A stretch of DNA of 49,373 bases, taken from the NCBI GenBank assembly GCA_008636045.1, contig SNRW01000009.1:1-49373 (forward strand), read 5' to 3'. Of this stretch, positions 24,376 to 39,533 are shown in pieces. The notes below the pieces were generated by a model that searched no databases, was not told the origin of the DNA, and worked only from the letters and a program-made list of their open reading frames with translations. Each line of letters starts with the position of its first letter. The stretch's first letter is position 1. The DNA is from Streblomastix strix. Taxonomy: Eukaryota. A program made the position numbers and the translations under genes.

Positions 24376-27300
24376 ATGTCACATTTATCAGGTTTGTCCG
24401 CAGCTCATGCACCTACACCCGAGCCAAAGAAAGAGGTTGAAGAAATTTAATTAAATTAGCCTTCACGTTCAGCATATACTGATAGAAGCTTGTAGATATT
24501 AGATCTTATAGACATATATAATGCAATAATCGAAGGCGATTCAGTTATTCTTGACCTTCGTTCAATCAGTGAATATATTTCTTGTCATATTTCTGGCTCA
24601 ATATTAAAAGATCCAACATAAGCAGAAACTCTCAACAATGTTAAACTTAAGAAAAAAGTTCTGTTATGCATTTCAGAAGGTCATCCACCACAGGACTTTG
24701 TTGAAAATGTCAAGAAAGCGCAAGCTGAGTAAATAGTCGGGGAAACAGTCATTGCACAAGTTGTATTCAAAGAATTCATGGCTAAATATACGTTTCTTTG
24801 CATATCTGGTGATTAACTCACTGCAAGATTTAATATGAATTATCCCACATGTATGATTATTTGTGTTCATTTTCTTATTTATATTTTTTATACAATCATT
24901 TTTTCATTATTTTAGAAATTTCGAGTGATTTATTCATTTCAGGAGAATATCCAGCTGCTAATCTTCAAGGCCTGTGGGATTTAGGAATATATAATGTGGT
25001 AAATTGCACTAATAACGTTTGGCATTTATTTATTTTTTTGTTATTTATTTAATATTTAACAATATTATTGATAATAGATACAAAACTTTGGAGATGTCTG
25101 TGTATAGGATAGGAGTATAATATCAGGTTCATTCTTCAGTTCAGAGACTGACTCTGAATCAAGTGAATTAGAAAGCCAGGAAGGATCATCAATACGAACT
25201 GGAGGATATTGGCCTGAAGATTTCACTATTAATTCATAATAGTAATTGAACAATTCATAGAATTTAATGTAATAGGGATCTGGATTAATAACGAGTTAGA
25301 ATTTTAGGTTTAATTAAAACCCACTTGCAAGATCAATACCATTAACAGGAAACAGAAGGTTTTAATACAGTAATTAATAATCATTTACAAGCAAGGCTTT
25401 TGATTAACACACACCAACTGAGATGGCTAAAACAAATGGTAATTTTGTTTAATTTAACAATCTTTCTGGTTTAAGCATTAATTTAGATAGGGAGAATAAC
25501 TCGTAACAGATTTATTTGTCTAAATAGTCAACTGATCTATAATAATTGCCTGTTAGTCAAAAAATTGACAACTTCATTAATATTCAAAATCAAAATAGGA
25601 AATCCCCAAAGAAATTCAATTTAATGAATCTTTCAGAATCAGAAGAAGCACTTTCACAATCATCAACAACATCATCACATCACTCTCATTCATCCAAACA
25701 CACTGGAAGTACAAATAATTTATTGACTAATACATAGGAACCAATGAAATTAACATAATCTGATCCACTAAGTAGAACAAGCTCAGATAAATCCATAATT
25801 ACTCATGACTCTGTATCAGTGAGTCCTTCAGATACACCTGACCATTCTCCAGTTATTGAAAGAGGTCTTCTTACTGATATTCACATTGTAAGATCTAAGC
25901 ACATGACTCAAATGAAAGAGTAAATATAAAGTTAATTAACTGCTTTAGATTAAGATAATTTGCCTCTTGCCTAATCTCCAGATAATGTAGCGCGTTCTTA
26001 ATTATCATCAACAGGATCATTAAGCAGTTAAAGTGACATAATTAAATCAAGCAATTTATCTTTAGATCTGGACAATGATATTGATTCTAGTTCATATAAT
26101 GATGATGATGACCAATCTCAAAGCACTGTCCAGACTCAGAAACCTGGGATCATTTTATTAACAAGCAAATCTGAATTAAATAATCCATTTGTAGATTACC
26201 ATGATGAACTGTACAAATAATTCAAACCTAAGCTTGGTGAACAGATTAAAAAGGGAGTTTTATTAAAAGATAATATCAGCTCAATTCAAGATATAAAGAA
26301 CACTGATTCTCGCGGAACATTTGAATCATCTCAAAACAACCAAATGTTTCTAGTTCCAAATAACTCGGGAATACCATTATAATCGAGTAAACCTATTTTA
26401 TAGGAAAAACCAGATAATACCTTACAAAGTAAATAATAAGAAATAGTAGATGGTAAAGATACAGAATTTGCTCGTCGTAAGATTCTTACTGAAAGACACC
26501 AAATGCAGTTAATGAAGTAAGAATTAGAAGAAGATGAACAAGAAAGAGAAACAAGCAACAAAGATCATCCACATCCTCATCCCCAGAAGACTGATGGTGA
26601 AAAGGAGAATTACAATAATTTGAAGGGCCAGCTTGAATTAGGGAAGAAGGATATGCTTAAGTCAGCCAGATAGAAAGTTAAGAAGGGCGATGAGACGCCA
26701 ATAACATATTATAGGGTAAGTATTGAGGATGTTACACAGTCTAATCTTCTGTCAGAGCTTCCTGGAGTGCTCAGCTTCATTCATAATGCTGTTTAAAGGG
26801 GAAGAGGAAGTAGCCATGATTCTACAAATGATTCAGAAAAGCCTTTCTTCAATAGCAAAGGAGAGTCTTCAGATAGTAATTCATACTCTCGTGTTCTTGT
26901 TCATTGTTCATAGGGTATTTCCAGATCTCCATCCGTTGTTATTGCATATTTCATGCTCATTCATAAAGCAACATATAAAGAAACTCTGGCTTTCGTGTTG
27001 CACAGACGAACAGTCACTCATCCAAATGAAGGATTTGCAATACAATTGTAGGAATTTGAAGAGTGGTTATAAAACAGAGAAGGATCAACTGAGTAAATCT
27101 TAGAATAAATGAAGAAAGAATTTGTTAAACAGAGTCCACAATTTGGCAGATATCACATCCCATAACCCACATCACCATCTCCAAAATAGCCTTATTTATC
27201 TCAGGCATTCAATTTATTACAATAATAACAGAACTCACCACTTCCTTCTGCACCACATGCTCAAGGATTGACACAAAAAGCTGATCATTTATCAGGTGTT

Positions 27301-30300
27301 TTTTCTCCCATATCAAACATACAGACTAATTCCACATCATCCATTTCACATCCAACTCCATTACGAGGCATTTAGATAAACAAACGTCAATAACCACAAC
27401 AGGCAATACGTTCTCTAACTATGGTCAGTATGCCAGCTCTTAATGCTGCTCCTGTTGGAAGCCAAACATTGAAGTTAAGTTCAAATTTAAATTTGTATCA
27501 ATAACAATAAGAATAATAAATATCTCCAAATATTTTTAAACAACGAAATACCAAAGAAATTTCATTGCCACATTCACGCACACCATCACCTGGAGTTTTA
27601 AAAGACAATTCACATCAATTAACGACTCCTACACATTATAACACAGATAAAGTTGCAGTTATTCCTCAAGTTTCACCAGAATCAGATAAAAAATCATCAT
27701 TCTTACATCCAATTGTAATGAAAGATTCACTGATTTCACCAAGTGAAGATTCTGTTTAATCTTTATCTGAAGCTAGCTTTGATATGGAAATGAATCGGAA
27801 TCAACTATTTTAATCATTTCCTCCAAAATCTTCATCTGCACAAGACAATATTTGTTAGATGATTGATAATTATGTATTTAAATAACAAGATAAAAGTACT
27901 GATAACCTCTTGGAAGTTGATCATTTGCATATCCATAAGAATGCGGTATAAAACTTTATTTTCAACTCTCAATAATAGGATCATCTCACAAATCTTCTTA
28001 TCCAACCTCAACCAAACAGTCCACCTCATGATACAATTCCTGTACCTATACAAGCTTTGATGAATTCGAGACGTTTGTCTGAATCAGCTCCTTCAATTCC
28101 AATAGTAACATCAGAATAATTGTAAGGAAATAATGATTAGAAACAAAAAAATTGGAATAACTCTTCTTTTTTGACACAAACTTGGAATTATTCAGATTTG
28201 CAGAACTAAAATGTATCTTCTCCTACTTAAATTGAATTTTTGGAGAATTAAAAACTTATATAGAATTAGCCTTAACCTACACCAAATTTGATTCCAAGTA
28301 CTAAAGAAAATAACATAGCTTTATAAACTAAATAAAATTAAATTGCATTATAATCACCCAATCACAATGATTAAAACTTACCTATTTAAAATACTAATAA
28401 ATCCAAAGCGTAAGAAACATCCTAATAACCATCGCTTAATATTGAAATTCCAGATTAGAAATAATCTCCATCTGTTTATACAAACATTCATTCGTTTCAA
28501 TATTCATCTTCGCATGCTGTGAATATCAGAGATGTTTTAGGAGAAATAACTCTTAGTCCAATAAATTAATCGCAAAAATATACTTTTGAATAAAACCAAT
28601 AAAAATTATAATCACCAAAACTTTTGAAGAATAATAAAACTAAATAACTGTAATAAAAATTAATGCCAATTAAAGAAATTTAACATTAGGATGAATTACA
28701 TAATGAATTTGATTAGTAAATTGAATAGAATAACTTATATATCAAACATTCAAAAGGATCAAATCGTTAATCCCCCAAAAATATATATAATCCATCCACA
28801 TATTACCCAAACAATAATAATGACAATATAAACAACTAACTTTACTCACCAATTGAATTGAATTAAACTGATAATCAATCGATACCAATGGAGAATGAAG
28901 CAAAGACGCCCATTTTCCCCAAAACTCCAGATGCCAGACATTCACCTCATAGTTCATAAAATATTCAAAATTCTTCTCTTTAGGGAGGCAAATATTAAAA
29001 TAGAATTAATAAATTAAGCTTTTAAATAGAATCAATTCAGGACCCAGACCAGAATACAAATCAAAATAATAGAACAATTTAAAACAAATAGAAAAACAAT
29101 TCACCTTCTGCATTGGAATTACTCAAGAAAGTGAGCTAAAGTTTGAATCCAAATTAAAAAATGAGAAAAATGAAGATAGCACTAAATGGAAGTGCGAATA
29201 CATTGGGTCAGATTAAAGAAGATGATAATGATAATATATTTGATTAAGAAAATGAAGAAGATTAAATTTCATTTGAAAATATGACATTAAAATCAGAGAA
29301 ACAGAATTTTGAGAGAATGAAAAGAATGGAGAACATGTAGGATGTATAACAAGTAGCTAACTCAATTTATAATTCAAATTCACTTCGGAAGGTTCCTTTT
29401 TCATCAAAATAAAAGAATGTTGGAAACAATGATTTTAGAAGAATATTAATGTCTGATGATAGATAAGAAGTTGAAGATGAACATATTAAATAAGCGATAA
29501 CAGATATGCTTCAGAGTAATTAAATACAACATTAAAAATCAGATTAGCAGATTTAATTGGAATCTATTAATAATTTTAAACACCACAATAAACGCAATCA
29601 TCATATTGACATATAATAATAGCAGATAAATGAAACAATTATTGAATAATTCAGACACTAAAATATTTATTGTGCAAGTTGTTAATCTCATGGTGAGCAA
29701 TATTTCTGTTCAATATAAAAACCAATGATGCAAATGCATTAATAGTTTCAAATAATGAGCCCCAAAGCATAACAAACTAATTCTTAAGATCCAGAATAAA
29801 ATTTGGATAAATAAGATGGAAATGATAAAACTGATAACAAAGAGTAATTTGACGAAGAAAATTTTGCAGACTAAGATATAATACAAAACATCGTTGAAAA
29901 TATAGATCTTCCTTCGTCATCTACTCTTACAGCACCTGCTTATACTTCATTTCATAAGAAAGAAGAGAAAAAGCCAGCAATATTGGATTTGAATAATCTT
30001 TTTACCCCTCCAGAAGATTCTGGTAATGTAATTGAAAGTAATAAGAATGAGTCTTTATATATTCTGAAGGATGACAAAATAAAATCTGCATTATTCTAAC
30101 GATCAGAAGAACCAAAGCAAATTTTATCTTCACGTTCATATGATAATAAGTAATCAATAAGATAAAACCAATCATCTGAGTAAGAAACAATATTATAACC
30201 ATCAGTAATACAAAATAATAATCATAACTTAGATAGTGCACCAATACTAGAATAAATAACATCACCAACATCAACATCATCATCGTCTTCTTCATCATTT

Positions 30301-33300
30301 TCAAACGTACCAAATGCTTAGTAATTTGATCTTAATGTACTCACAAATCCATCATATCATATTCAATAGCTTACACATCCATTAAAGCAATATGAAAGTT
30401 TAAGTAGCCCATCTCGAATAACAACATAGACTGAATAATGGATTTAATAGTAAACATTTCCTATTCCTATATCTCCAATAAAAACAGTATTTCATTCTCC
30501 TTAAACCACTTAAGAAGTTAGACATTAATCTCCAAATAAAATAGTGAGAGCCAAAACAATGAATGTAGTTAATATTGTAATCACCCCACCAAAGAAAGAA
30601 AATAATTAGCAATAATCGAAATCAGTACATTACGTCTTATAAGAAGAAGATGTACCTTTGAAAGTAACAGATATATCTCCATCATAACCATCATTAGCTT
30701 CTTCCCAACAGACTTTTCATTCAACATCTTAGTATTCTTTTTAGTCATATTAACCCGACCAAATGAATTAGTAATATTCAATACCTTCTACTGATTAGAC
30801 AGTATAATAATAATAAATATTTGAAGACAATTTATAATCTGCGTCTACTTTGAAGCTTTAAACAAATATGAAAATATTTGATGTTCTATCAACTGCAATT
30901 GGGTAAATTCCGGAATAACCAAGTTAACTTGAATAAAATGAAGTTAAAACAACATCTGAACAATAATCTACTTAATTATTTGAGAATAATTCATAAACTA
31001 ATGATAAGATTAAGACTTTAATTAGGTCAGATTCTACTAATTAAAAACCATTTCCAAATTCACCTTTATTTTCATAATCTAAATTATAAATTAAAATAAA
31101 ATAGCCTTAAATGTCATTTTAAAAGAAATAAAAAAGTAAATAAAAGAATCAAAAGCGTGATAAGAAGAAAGCATTATCTGATTCTGAAACAATTCATGAT
31201 AACCACAATAAAGACAACCTATCTTTAAATTCAAGTGAATCAGATGTGGAGAGTGATGATCGTAGTTAGTCTACATTCATCAGTACTTCAAGTTAAAGAT
31301 CTCAACCTTCTCTTGCAATGTTTATTATTAAACCAGAGAATGGAATATAACCTAATATAACATCTAATAATTTAGGATCTCCGCTCAACTCAGACAATAC
31401 TCATAACGATAACTAAGATTCAATAATGTTTATAACTAATGTTTCATAAGATGAACGTATCCTTAGCTCCAGAAGATAGTCAGATACAGAAGGACAGAAT
31501 ATGTTTGATGTTGCAGAAGCCCAACTTTCAAGCAAATAATCATAATCACCAGACATTTCTGATAAATCTAATCATTCTAAAGAAAGTAGTTCACCATAAG
31601 ACACACCTGATACTTAATAAGAAAGTAGCAGTGATAATTAAAATTAGAATAATTTTTCTGATCTTACATTACGATCTTAGGATTCTAAACATGGATTACA
31701 TCTACAGATTCTTCATTCATCTTCATTTCCTCATTAGAAATCTGTTTTATAGAATGATATTACCGATTTTGCCCTATAAGGTCCATAATCTCTATTCCCA
31801 TCTTCTTCATTTCAAGGTATAAATGATAATATATCAAAATCTTAGGATTAGAAAGAAATAGATTATTTATAATATGGATTTATTAAATAAGAATAAAACT
31901 ATTTGGATGAAAATATTTAATCAAACAATGGTATAATAATGTTGAATTATCCATCAAATGATTCATCATCTTCATATAATGAAGATTAAATAAATAATTA
32001 AATAGATATTCAAAATAGTGGTTAATTATAAGAATAGGAATCAATATTAAATGACGCAAATAAAATAATTCCTTGTGCAAATGATACTTTGGAGAAGAAG
32101 CTCTTGCATATACAATAAATTGAATAAGTACAATAATAATAATAATAATCTAATTATTTACTTTAAGAAGATATTAAAACTCATAACAATCAATAGTCCA
32201 AACGCATTTCTCATAAAGCTCATTTATAAAACCTTTTTATAACAATTCCACCATTGAAACAATTTATTGGTAGTATTCACAATCCTAAATAGAGATGCCA
32301 ATTCTGTGATTCACCACTTACATATAAATTGGTACATTTTGTTAGTATCCACAAATATGAGAATATTAAGGATGATGTCACACAAGGATAGTAGACTGAT
32401 TCATAGGATGTAACACCATCACATTCAACGTCATATTCACAATTTGTTTCTAATTCTCCTCATCTTCTTTCTTCCGATTTAATTTAGAATGAAATACTTT
32501 CTCCAGACCAAATTTAAAATACATAAGATTAAAATAAAGAATAAATTTCAACAAACGAATAACAATTAAATCTTCCCACAACACCTAATTCTTACGATAT
32601 TCCCTAGAACGAATTTTAAGACATGATTTAATTGCATTCATAGGCATTATTAATGAATAGTAATACTTCTACCAAAGTAAATAGATCTTTCTCATCTGCT
32701 GCCTATCAACCATAAACTCATAATTTATTTGCTTAAGGAATAATGGTAGCTGATAGAAAGAAAATCAATAAGAACAAATATCATTTTATTCACCAATTAT
32801 CTTTATTAGACAACAAGAAATAGGACTTATAGAAAGAAAACTACTAACCAACAAGTCCATTAGGTGGATTTCATATTAATAATAATGGGATGAATACAGA
32901 TAGATATTATTAATAAATGAACAATAGAAAGAGAAAAGATTTGAAACATTTATAATAGACAGAATTAAATAATATGGCCCATTAAAATTAAAAGAGTATT
33001 TCTCCTAAATTTGGAATCCATCATCGAGTACAGTCTTTGAATTTAATGTTATAAATTAGAAGAAACCAAAATAAGGAGCAGAACAAATACATTTCAAATT
33101 CTGCTCTTAAAAGGAATTACAATTTATTCCATTCATCAGATCCAAAATCTTCTTTTTTCTAAAATCAGTAATTACAAATTCCGCTTGTTGTGTCTCCTGT
33201 GCATAGTGAAATATTGCGACATGCTGCGCGCAGTTATAATAATGAGAAGAGTGACAATATTGATCAATACGATATATCAACAAACTATTTTAAACTTTTG

Positions 33301-36300
33301 GATAAAGGGCTTTAATAAGAAGAAATTGCCATTTCAACTTCAGAAACGCCAGTTTAACTTGATATAAAACCAGAATAATGTCCAGTTATAAATCAGTTTA
33401 CTTCTTCACACAATTCAACGTCTTCAACACCAATTCCTTAGCTTTCTTAACACAGCTCAAAATCATCACATCATTAATTACCAACAATATTAATAACAGA
33501 AGATGATAATAAAAATAAATAATTGACTTTATCTCCAAATAAATCAACGCAAGTTTCAAATAATAGAGATTTATTCGTGCAAAATGATGAAAGCTAAAAT
33601 GAAGAGAATATATCTATTAATGACAAATCTAATAGTAATATTGATAAACTGAAAAGTTACTAATAATAAAAAGCTGCAACAAAGATTGACTAATCAAATA
33701 TTCAATAACTTGATATTCCTATGTCTGAAGAAAAGAACACAAGCATATCTCAGAGGACATTTGGAGTGATGGAAGTTCAAGATACTGATCGTTCAAAACA
33801 ATCTCACTGTGAATTATCCATACACACATCTAGTCATTCAAAATCATCTTCTTTAATTGGACTCAGTGGAAAGAGCTAAGCGGTGAAAACTCCTGACTAA
33901 TCCCCTATGCAAAAATCACCTGAAATTTCATTATCATTATAAGGTGAAGCCTAAATGTTGCAATAAACAATTCAAAGTATGTAAGAGGGTATATTTGATC
34001 CTTTCACTATGCAATCATTATCATCAGAATATAAACAGGAAAGATCAAGAGGAAGAAGTAGAGGGCATTCAAGTGTTGGACCTGTGGATGTTCCAAGTGG
34101 TGTAGATGGTGATGACCAGAAAATTTCTATCGATCCTTCGTCTGCATATCGTCCACATAATTCATATTCAGTAAGAGATACCGCAAGAAAGGTGTAAAAT
34201 GAAAAGGATAATATTGAATAATCAGAGGAACCAATCGATTCTGATACAAATGGATCAACATATATAAGAAGAGATGAGTCACGAAATAATATTCATAACT
34301 AAAATTAATATTAGGATGTAGGGATTTGTGTACCATAAGCATCAAGACCAGATAGCATTCTTCAAATGATGAATAATTAGAACACAGAAGATGAAGAATT
34401 TAGCTCAGAAAATGAAGGAATTATCATTCAAACATAAAGTTTAAATTAATCATAAGAAATGTTTGTGAAAGACTAAGAGAACTCAAGAGATGAAAACAGA
34501 CCAAAAGATGGACAGTTTGAGAATCCGCGGAATAAAGACGCTTTGAGACGATATCGCAACCACCCACCAAATATTCTTCGTAGACATCCAAAGAAAATAT
34601 ACACTTCACTCTCACTAAGCTCAAGCTCATCAGAAACTTCTTCTATGTTCGCATCATTTTCGAATGATATTTTAGATGATATCACTGAAGACAGGATATA
34701 ATCAACTCGCGATGGTGATACTTATTCATAATCCAAATCTTCAAAGAGAGATGATAATCATTCATCTGCTGGAAAAGTAGCAAGATAAAAAAATACTAAT
34801 TTTTCTTATTAAACTCCTTCAAGCCGTTTATTAAACAGATCATGGTCATGCCCTCCTGAGATGCAGACTGGGCATACGAACTTTGCCTCAGATGCGATGA
34901 ATTCAATATTTAATCTCTTTTACATCCAAAATGCTGGCAAAACAGAAAAGATTGTAAATCATGTAATAGACAACATTGTGAGCGAAGCTGATGCAGCGCC
35001 TCTTAATAACGAGCCCCAATATATTGTGCCTTCAGTCATGCAAATGCACAGAGCTTTATTCCCTCGTATGACAGTGACTATGAATTCATTGCATCAACTC
35101 ACTGATATATATGTTACTAAGACTCCTCCACCAGATTCAACCATTAAATCATTTCAGAAGAGACACTAGAGAAGAAGAGCAACACGAAAGTTTCTGCACA
35201 AGAGAAGGAATAGTGTGATGATTGGAGCTTCTATTAGAAACTAGCGACACTAAAATGAACATAAGAATTACTTTGAAAATTAAAGCAGCAAAGAAAATTT
35301 TGAATCTTTAGCTGAGAAGTAGAACCAAGAACTCGCTGATATATTGTTGAGTACAGAAAAAGATGATAAACCTAAAGATGATCAAATTTTAAATGAAGAT
35401 GAAGATAACTACGTGAATATTAAACACATTGCGCATTCACCAAGTGCAACAATGGTTCATAAACGAAAACATAGAAGAAGATCCCATCACAGACACAAGA
35501 GACATCGTTCCCTTTCACTTATTCATAATGCAATTTAATAAGAAAGAAGCGATTTATCACAAAATCCACTTCAGAATCTTGATAATCTTATTGGGAAGTC
35601 TGAAGGAGAAATAAAGAAGATTATTGATGAATACAGTGAATATCATACTCAAATTGACAAGACTCAACCTGTTTAACGAGAGAGAGATGTGGGGAGGCAT
35701 CGATTAACTGGTAACATTATTCAGCACAGACTGAATAAGCTTGTTAAAGCTCCTGCACGTAGACACAAGCACAGAAAAAGGAAGTAAGAAAACTACTCAT
35801 CAAACGAATTAATGAAAAAACCATCAGAGGCATAATTTGAGAAGACATCTGATCCTCAATAAGAGAGACTATCAGATTTTTAATAAGAGAAGGATAACTC
35901 ATCGAATATTATACATTAATAAAGATAATAAAGATTTTCGTCTATTGGACTCGAATCCACTGCGAGCGAGCCTCTTAAAGCAGCAATGCAAGAAATTATG
36001 TAGTAATTTGATAGTGAATTCAGCGATGTTTTCTCAAATAACAATCAATAACCTGTTGAATCATAAATAGGGACAAATGAATAGTAACAACAAATAATAA
36101 ATCCAAATACACTGAAAACATCGTCAGATAACATCATTCATAAATTTGGACTTGATCCCCATAAAGGATCTAAATCAGTAATGACCTCGCTAGCTATTAC
36201 ATCTCTTGAATAAAAAGAAGAATCTATTTCCGAGAATTAATTTTAATTAAAACAGGAACAAATGAAAAACTCGTAGAATTTCGTATTTGGACCATCAATG

Positions 36301-37587
36301 GATCCATCCGATATGCCCATTCGTCAAAATTCAAACAATTTCCTTTTTATGCAAACTCAATTTCCCAAATAACAAATGATAACCGACAATCTGCATTTTC
36401 CTGATGTAGGCAGCACCGTAAAAATCCACATATCTTCATAAGAGAAACTGTCATATGAAACACATCCTTCACCAACTGCAAGTCATAATTCACATTCTTC
36501 AACGAACATTGCACATCCAAAATAAGTATCACCACTTTCTGGCTCATTAAAATCAAAGGATGATTCACCAGCAGAATGAATGCCCGTATTATAATCTAGT
36601 CTCTAGAGTTTGTCACAGATGAATAATAAAACAATTTAGACTTCGCAATCTGGTGATATCGCTGTATAGAATTCTCCTCACATATCACGGAGCTCAGTGG
36701 CTGATGATTGCCCAGAAGCTTTTTAAGGAGGGAAGGCTGTTGCATGCACATCAATTATAACCCCCACTATTGCAAATTCATCTGATATTTCATCTTCTAA
36801 TTCATCTCCACTCTCACTTCATTAAATTATTAATGTTGCTGCTGGAACCACGGATCAATATTCAAGCCCTTCAATAAAGAAATTATCTCCGTCTCGAACT
36901 TCATTGTAGAACCAATCTCCATCTTCATCCGTTATCAACAAAACATCTCTATTATCTCCTCCATTTGCTGAACTACCAATGAAAGAAAATCAGGATCTTG
37001 ACACACAATAAATTACTTTCAGTTGCTAAATAGGCATTCAAACATTAAAGGATCAAAATGAAACTAAATTATTATAAGTTTAATAGTTAGACTAGACTGA
37101 AAATGATGCGAGATCTATGGAATAATAATAATCATATTCGACATTAACTAATCATACCCCTTTATCACCAAGTGTTACAACATTTCCAAAGATAATTGCT
37201 TCATATGGTCAAATTATTGAATAAGAACAACAACAATCTTCAATTCTTTCAGAAATGCAGAGACAACTTCCACTTCTTTTCCCACCAAACATCAGTTTTC
37301 CTCAATCAACCCTCTCACCTTAAATTCAGTCATTCCCACCAGCAGACAGACCACTATCTCCCCACTCCAATGATTCAGATGAACCAACTGTTATCATTTA
37401 AGCTCGACATGAGAGTATATCCAGCGCTGACCACGAATCTGGGGCACGAAGCACAGGAAACAGTGAAACAATCAGCATCGATGGCAAAGTTGTTGATACT
37501 GACACTGAGCACTTTTCTGGTACAGCACATGTTGGAGTGGACTACCAGTATAACAGCGAATGTAATAATTTATCTGAGGAAAAATGA
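24376..37587 (+). CDS. Giant (~4,360 aa) rhodanese + dual-specificity phosphatase (MAPK-phosphatase-like) with huge Q/N/S-rich extension (one in-frame TGA at 36577-36579)
   Basis: Rhodanese VILDLRSISEYISCHISGS...KYTFLC; DSP N-part YPTQISSDLFISG...GIYNVVNCT; catalytic VHCSQGISRS at ~26899-26928; PNEGFAIQL. Exons 24376-24850, 24916-25016 and 25078-37587. The start is tentative. Confidence 0.85.
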
Positions 37588-37852
37588 GATCTCTTCTATA
37601 TCATCCTTCGTGATCATTTCTGTAGTATATTCTTTTACACAATAATTTTTGATCAATGGAATCAATTGTATTATTATATAACATTAACCACACATTTTTT
37701 TAATTTTAAATGATCAACTATGTCTTTTTTAACTTTAATAACTTTATTATTAGAATTTTTCTATTTATATTCTAATTCTACTTATATCTGCGAATTTTTT
37801 TATAAAAGTATTTCCATGTTAATAAACACCACTGATTAATTGATAATAATCG

Positions 37853-38153
37853 CAATTTTTTATATTCATTTTAGTTTAAACAAAATCATTTTATCATTAG
37901 TGCGAAGAATCAAAGTTGGAATTATTTTTTGAAGTGATTTTGCAGCATTTTCGATTTAATTTATGTTATTTTAAGAACTTTTTAAAATATTATCTACTAT
38001 TTTCATACCATTTCCTCCCATTTCATTACATATTGAATACTCAAGACGCCAATTTCACATTTTTTCTTCGCTCTTTGTTTTTACCACGCTACTAAGCAAT
38101 CAAATCTACAATTTTTTATTTAACTTACATATGTTTGCTCAACTCATTTAATT
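37853..38153 (+). repeat. Dispersed non-coding repeat, copy B (shorter internally than copy A)
   Basis: Aligns with 21382-21843 in two blocks. Confidence 0.8.
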
Positions 38154-38325
38154 ATTATCAATTCAACATAAATGTGCAAACCACACAATATATCAAATTT
38201 AATTTTTTATTTTTTATGAAAAGAGCAAAAAGCGTCTTTACTGTATTATTATAATCTTCATAATCAAATTATTTTCTTTTCTTTTAACATTATTACTCAG
38301 ATCATTTATACAACTTAAACTAATA

Positions 38326-39533
38326 ATGTAAGGATAAACTGCTCGCGAAATACTTGCTGATTTTTCACCGCCAGAAAGTAATATTTCAGATTTATACGAG
38401 AATCAGATAGAAAATCAAATTATTGTACTTGATCCAACCGTAAATATCCACAAACAAAATTCAAAAAATGATTAATAACAAACTCAGAATAAAGTGAATT
38501 AGACAAATCCTCTTACTCTTTCAGAAATTGCAAAGAAGGAAAGTGACGAGAAGAAAAGAAAATAATAACAAGGTTTACTTGTCAGTGAAAACAGTAAGAA
38601 TAAACGACGATTAGGTTTTATTTATTAGTTATATCTTTTATTTATCTTTCTGAAATAAATCAATTCTTTCTTTTATTTTTTTTAGGAAGGCTTGAGAAAA
38701 AAGCACTTGGATTGCTTGATATTCCTCGTGATTGTATGACGTATGTTATTTTATTATAATTATTTTCGTTCTTCTCCAAATTAAATATTCCTCTTTTATT
38801 TCCTCCCATTATTATTATTTATTTAGTTTTAATGATGCATTAGTTATCCACCAAATGTGGAAAGAATACATTTGGGCTATTATTTGTGTGTTATAATTAT
38901 TAAGTCTAGATTATTTCATACATATTATCTTATCAATATTTTGATTGTTTAGCACATGAAGGAAATCCTATTAATATGTTTGAAAAGAATAATTTTTATT
39001 TTATTTATAATATTTTTTTTCCTAATTATAGAAAGGAAATGGGTTTAAAAGTGATGCACAGTGATATACATGGAGCATATATTGAAGTTGTTCAATCGAA
39101 ATGTACATCTATGGTTTTATATTATTATTTATTTATTTAATAGCAAATTGTTTGATATATTTTAATAATTTCTTTTGTTTAGATAGGTTTAAATGGTATT
39201 ATTATACGAGAAACTTAAAACACGCTAACCATAGTCACCCCTAAAAATGTCACGAAAAGTATATTATATTTATTAATTCTTGTTAACTTTTATAACTTTT
39301 TAATTTCAGTTATTCCAAAGTAAATTTGTGACTTCCACTTTTTTATAGAACGTCCAGAATCTTCTTCTCCATAATTGGCAATAACAAACTTGATGTAGAG
39401 ATATGAATTTAGTGATGGATATTGGGTGAAAATTGCTGGAATTAATATGTGTATTCGCCCTTTTGAACGAGTTTTACGAGTGCCAAAGTCTTGGAAGCCT
39501 GTTGATCCACTTTTCCTATAAGATATTAATTGA
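38326..39533 (+). CDS. POP4: RNase P/MRP subunit p29; multi-exon
   Basis: Spliced translation IHQMWKEYI, SDIHGAYIEVVQSKCTSMIGLNGIIIRETQNTLTIVT, VIPK and IRPFER; TGA at 39531-39533. Confidence 0.88.

Noticed and set aside
36577..36579. Internal TGA as selenocysteine
   Set aside because: This and the other two sites are not at catalytic Cys positions, two lie in low-complexity regions, and I could not identify a SECIS.
25065..37645. Many short standard-code ORFs on both strands
   Set aside because: Fragments or shadows of the single long DUSP exon once TAR=Gln is applied.
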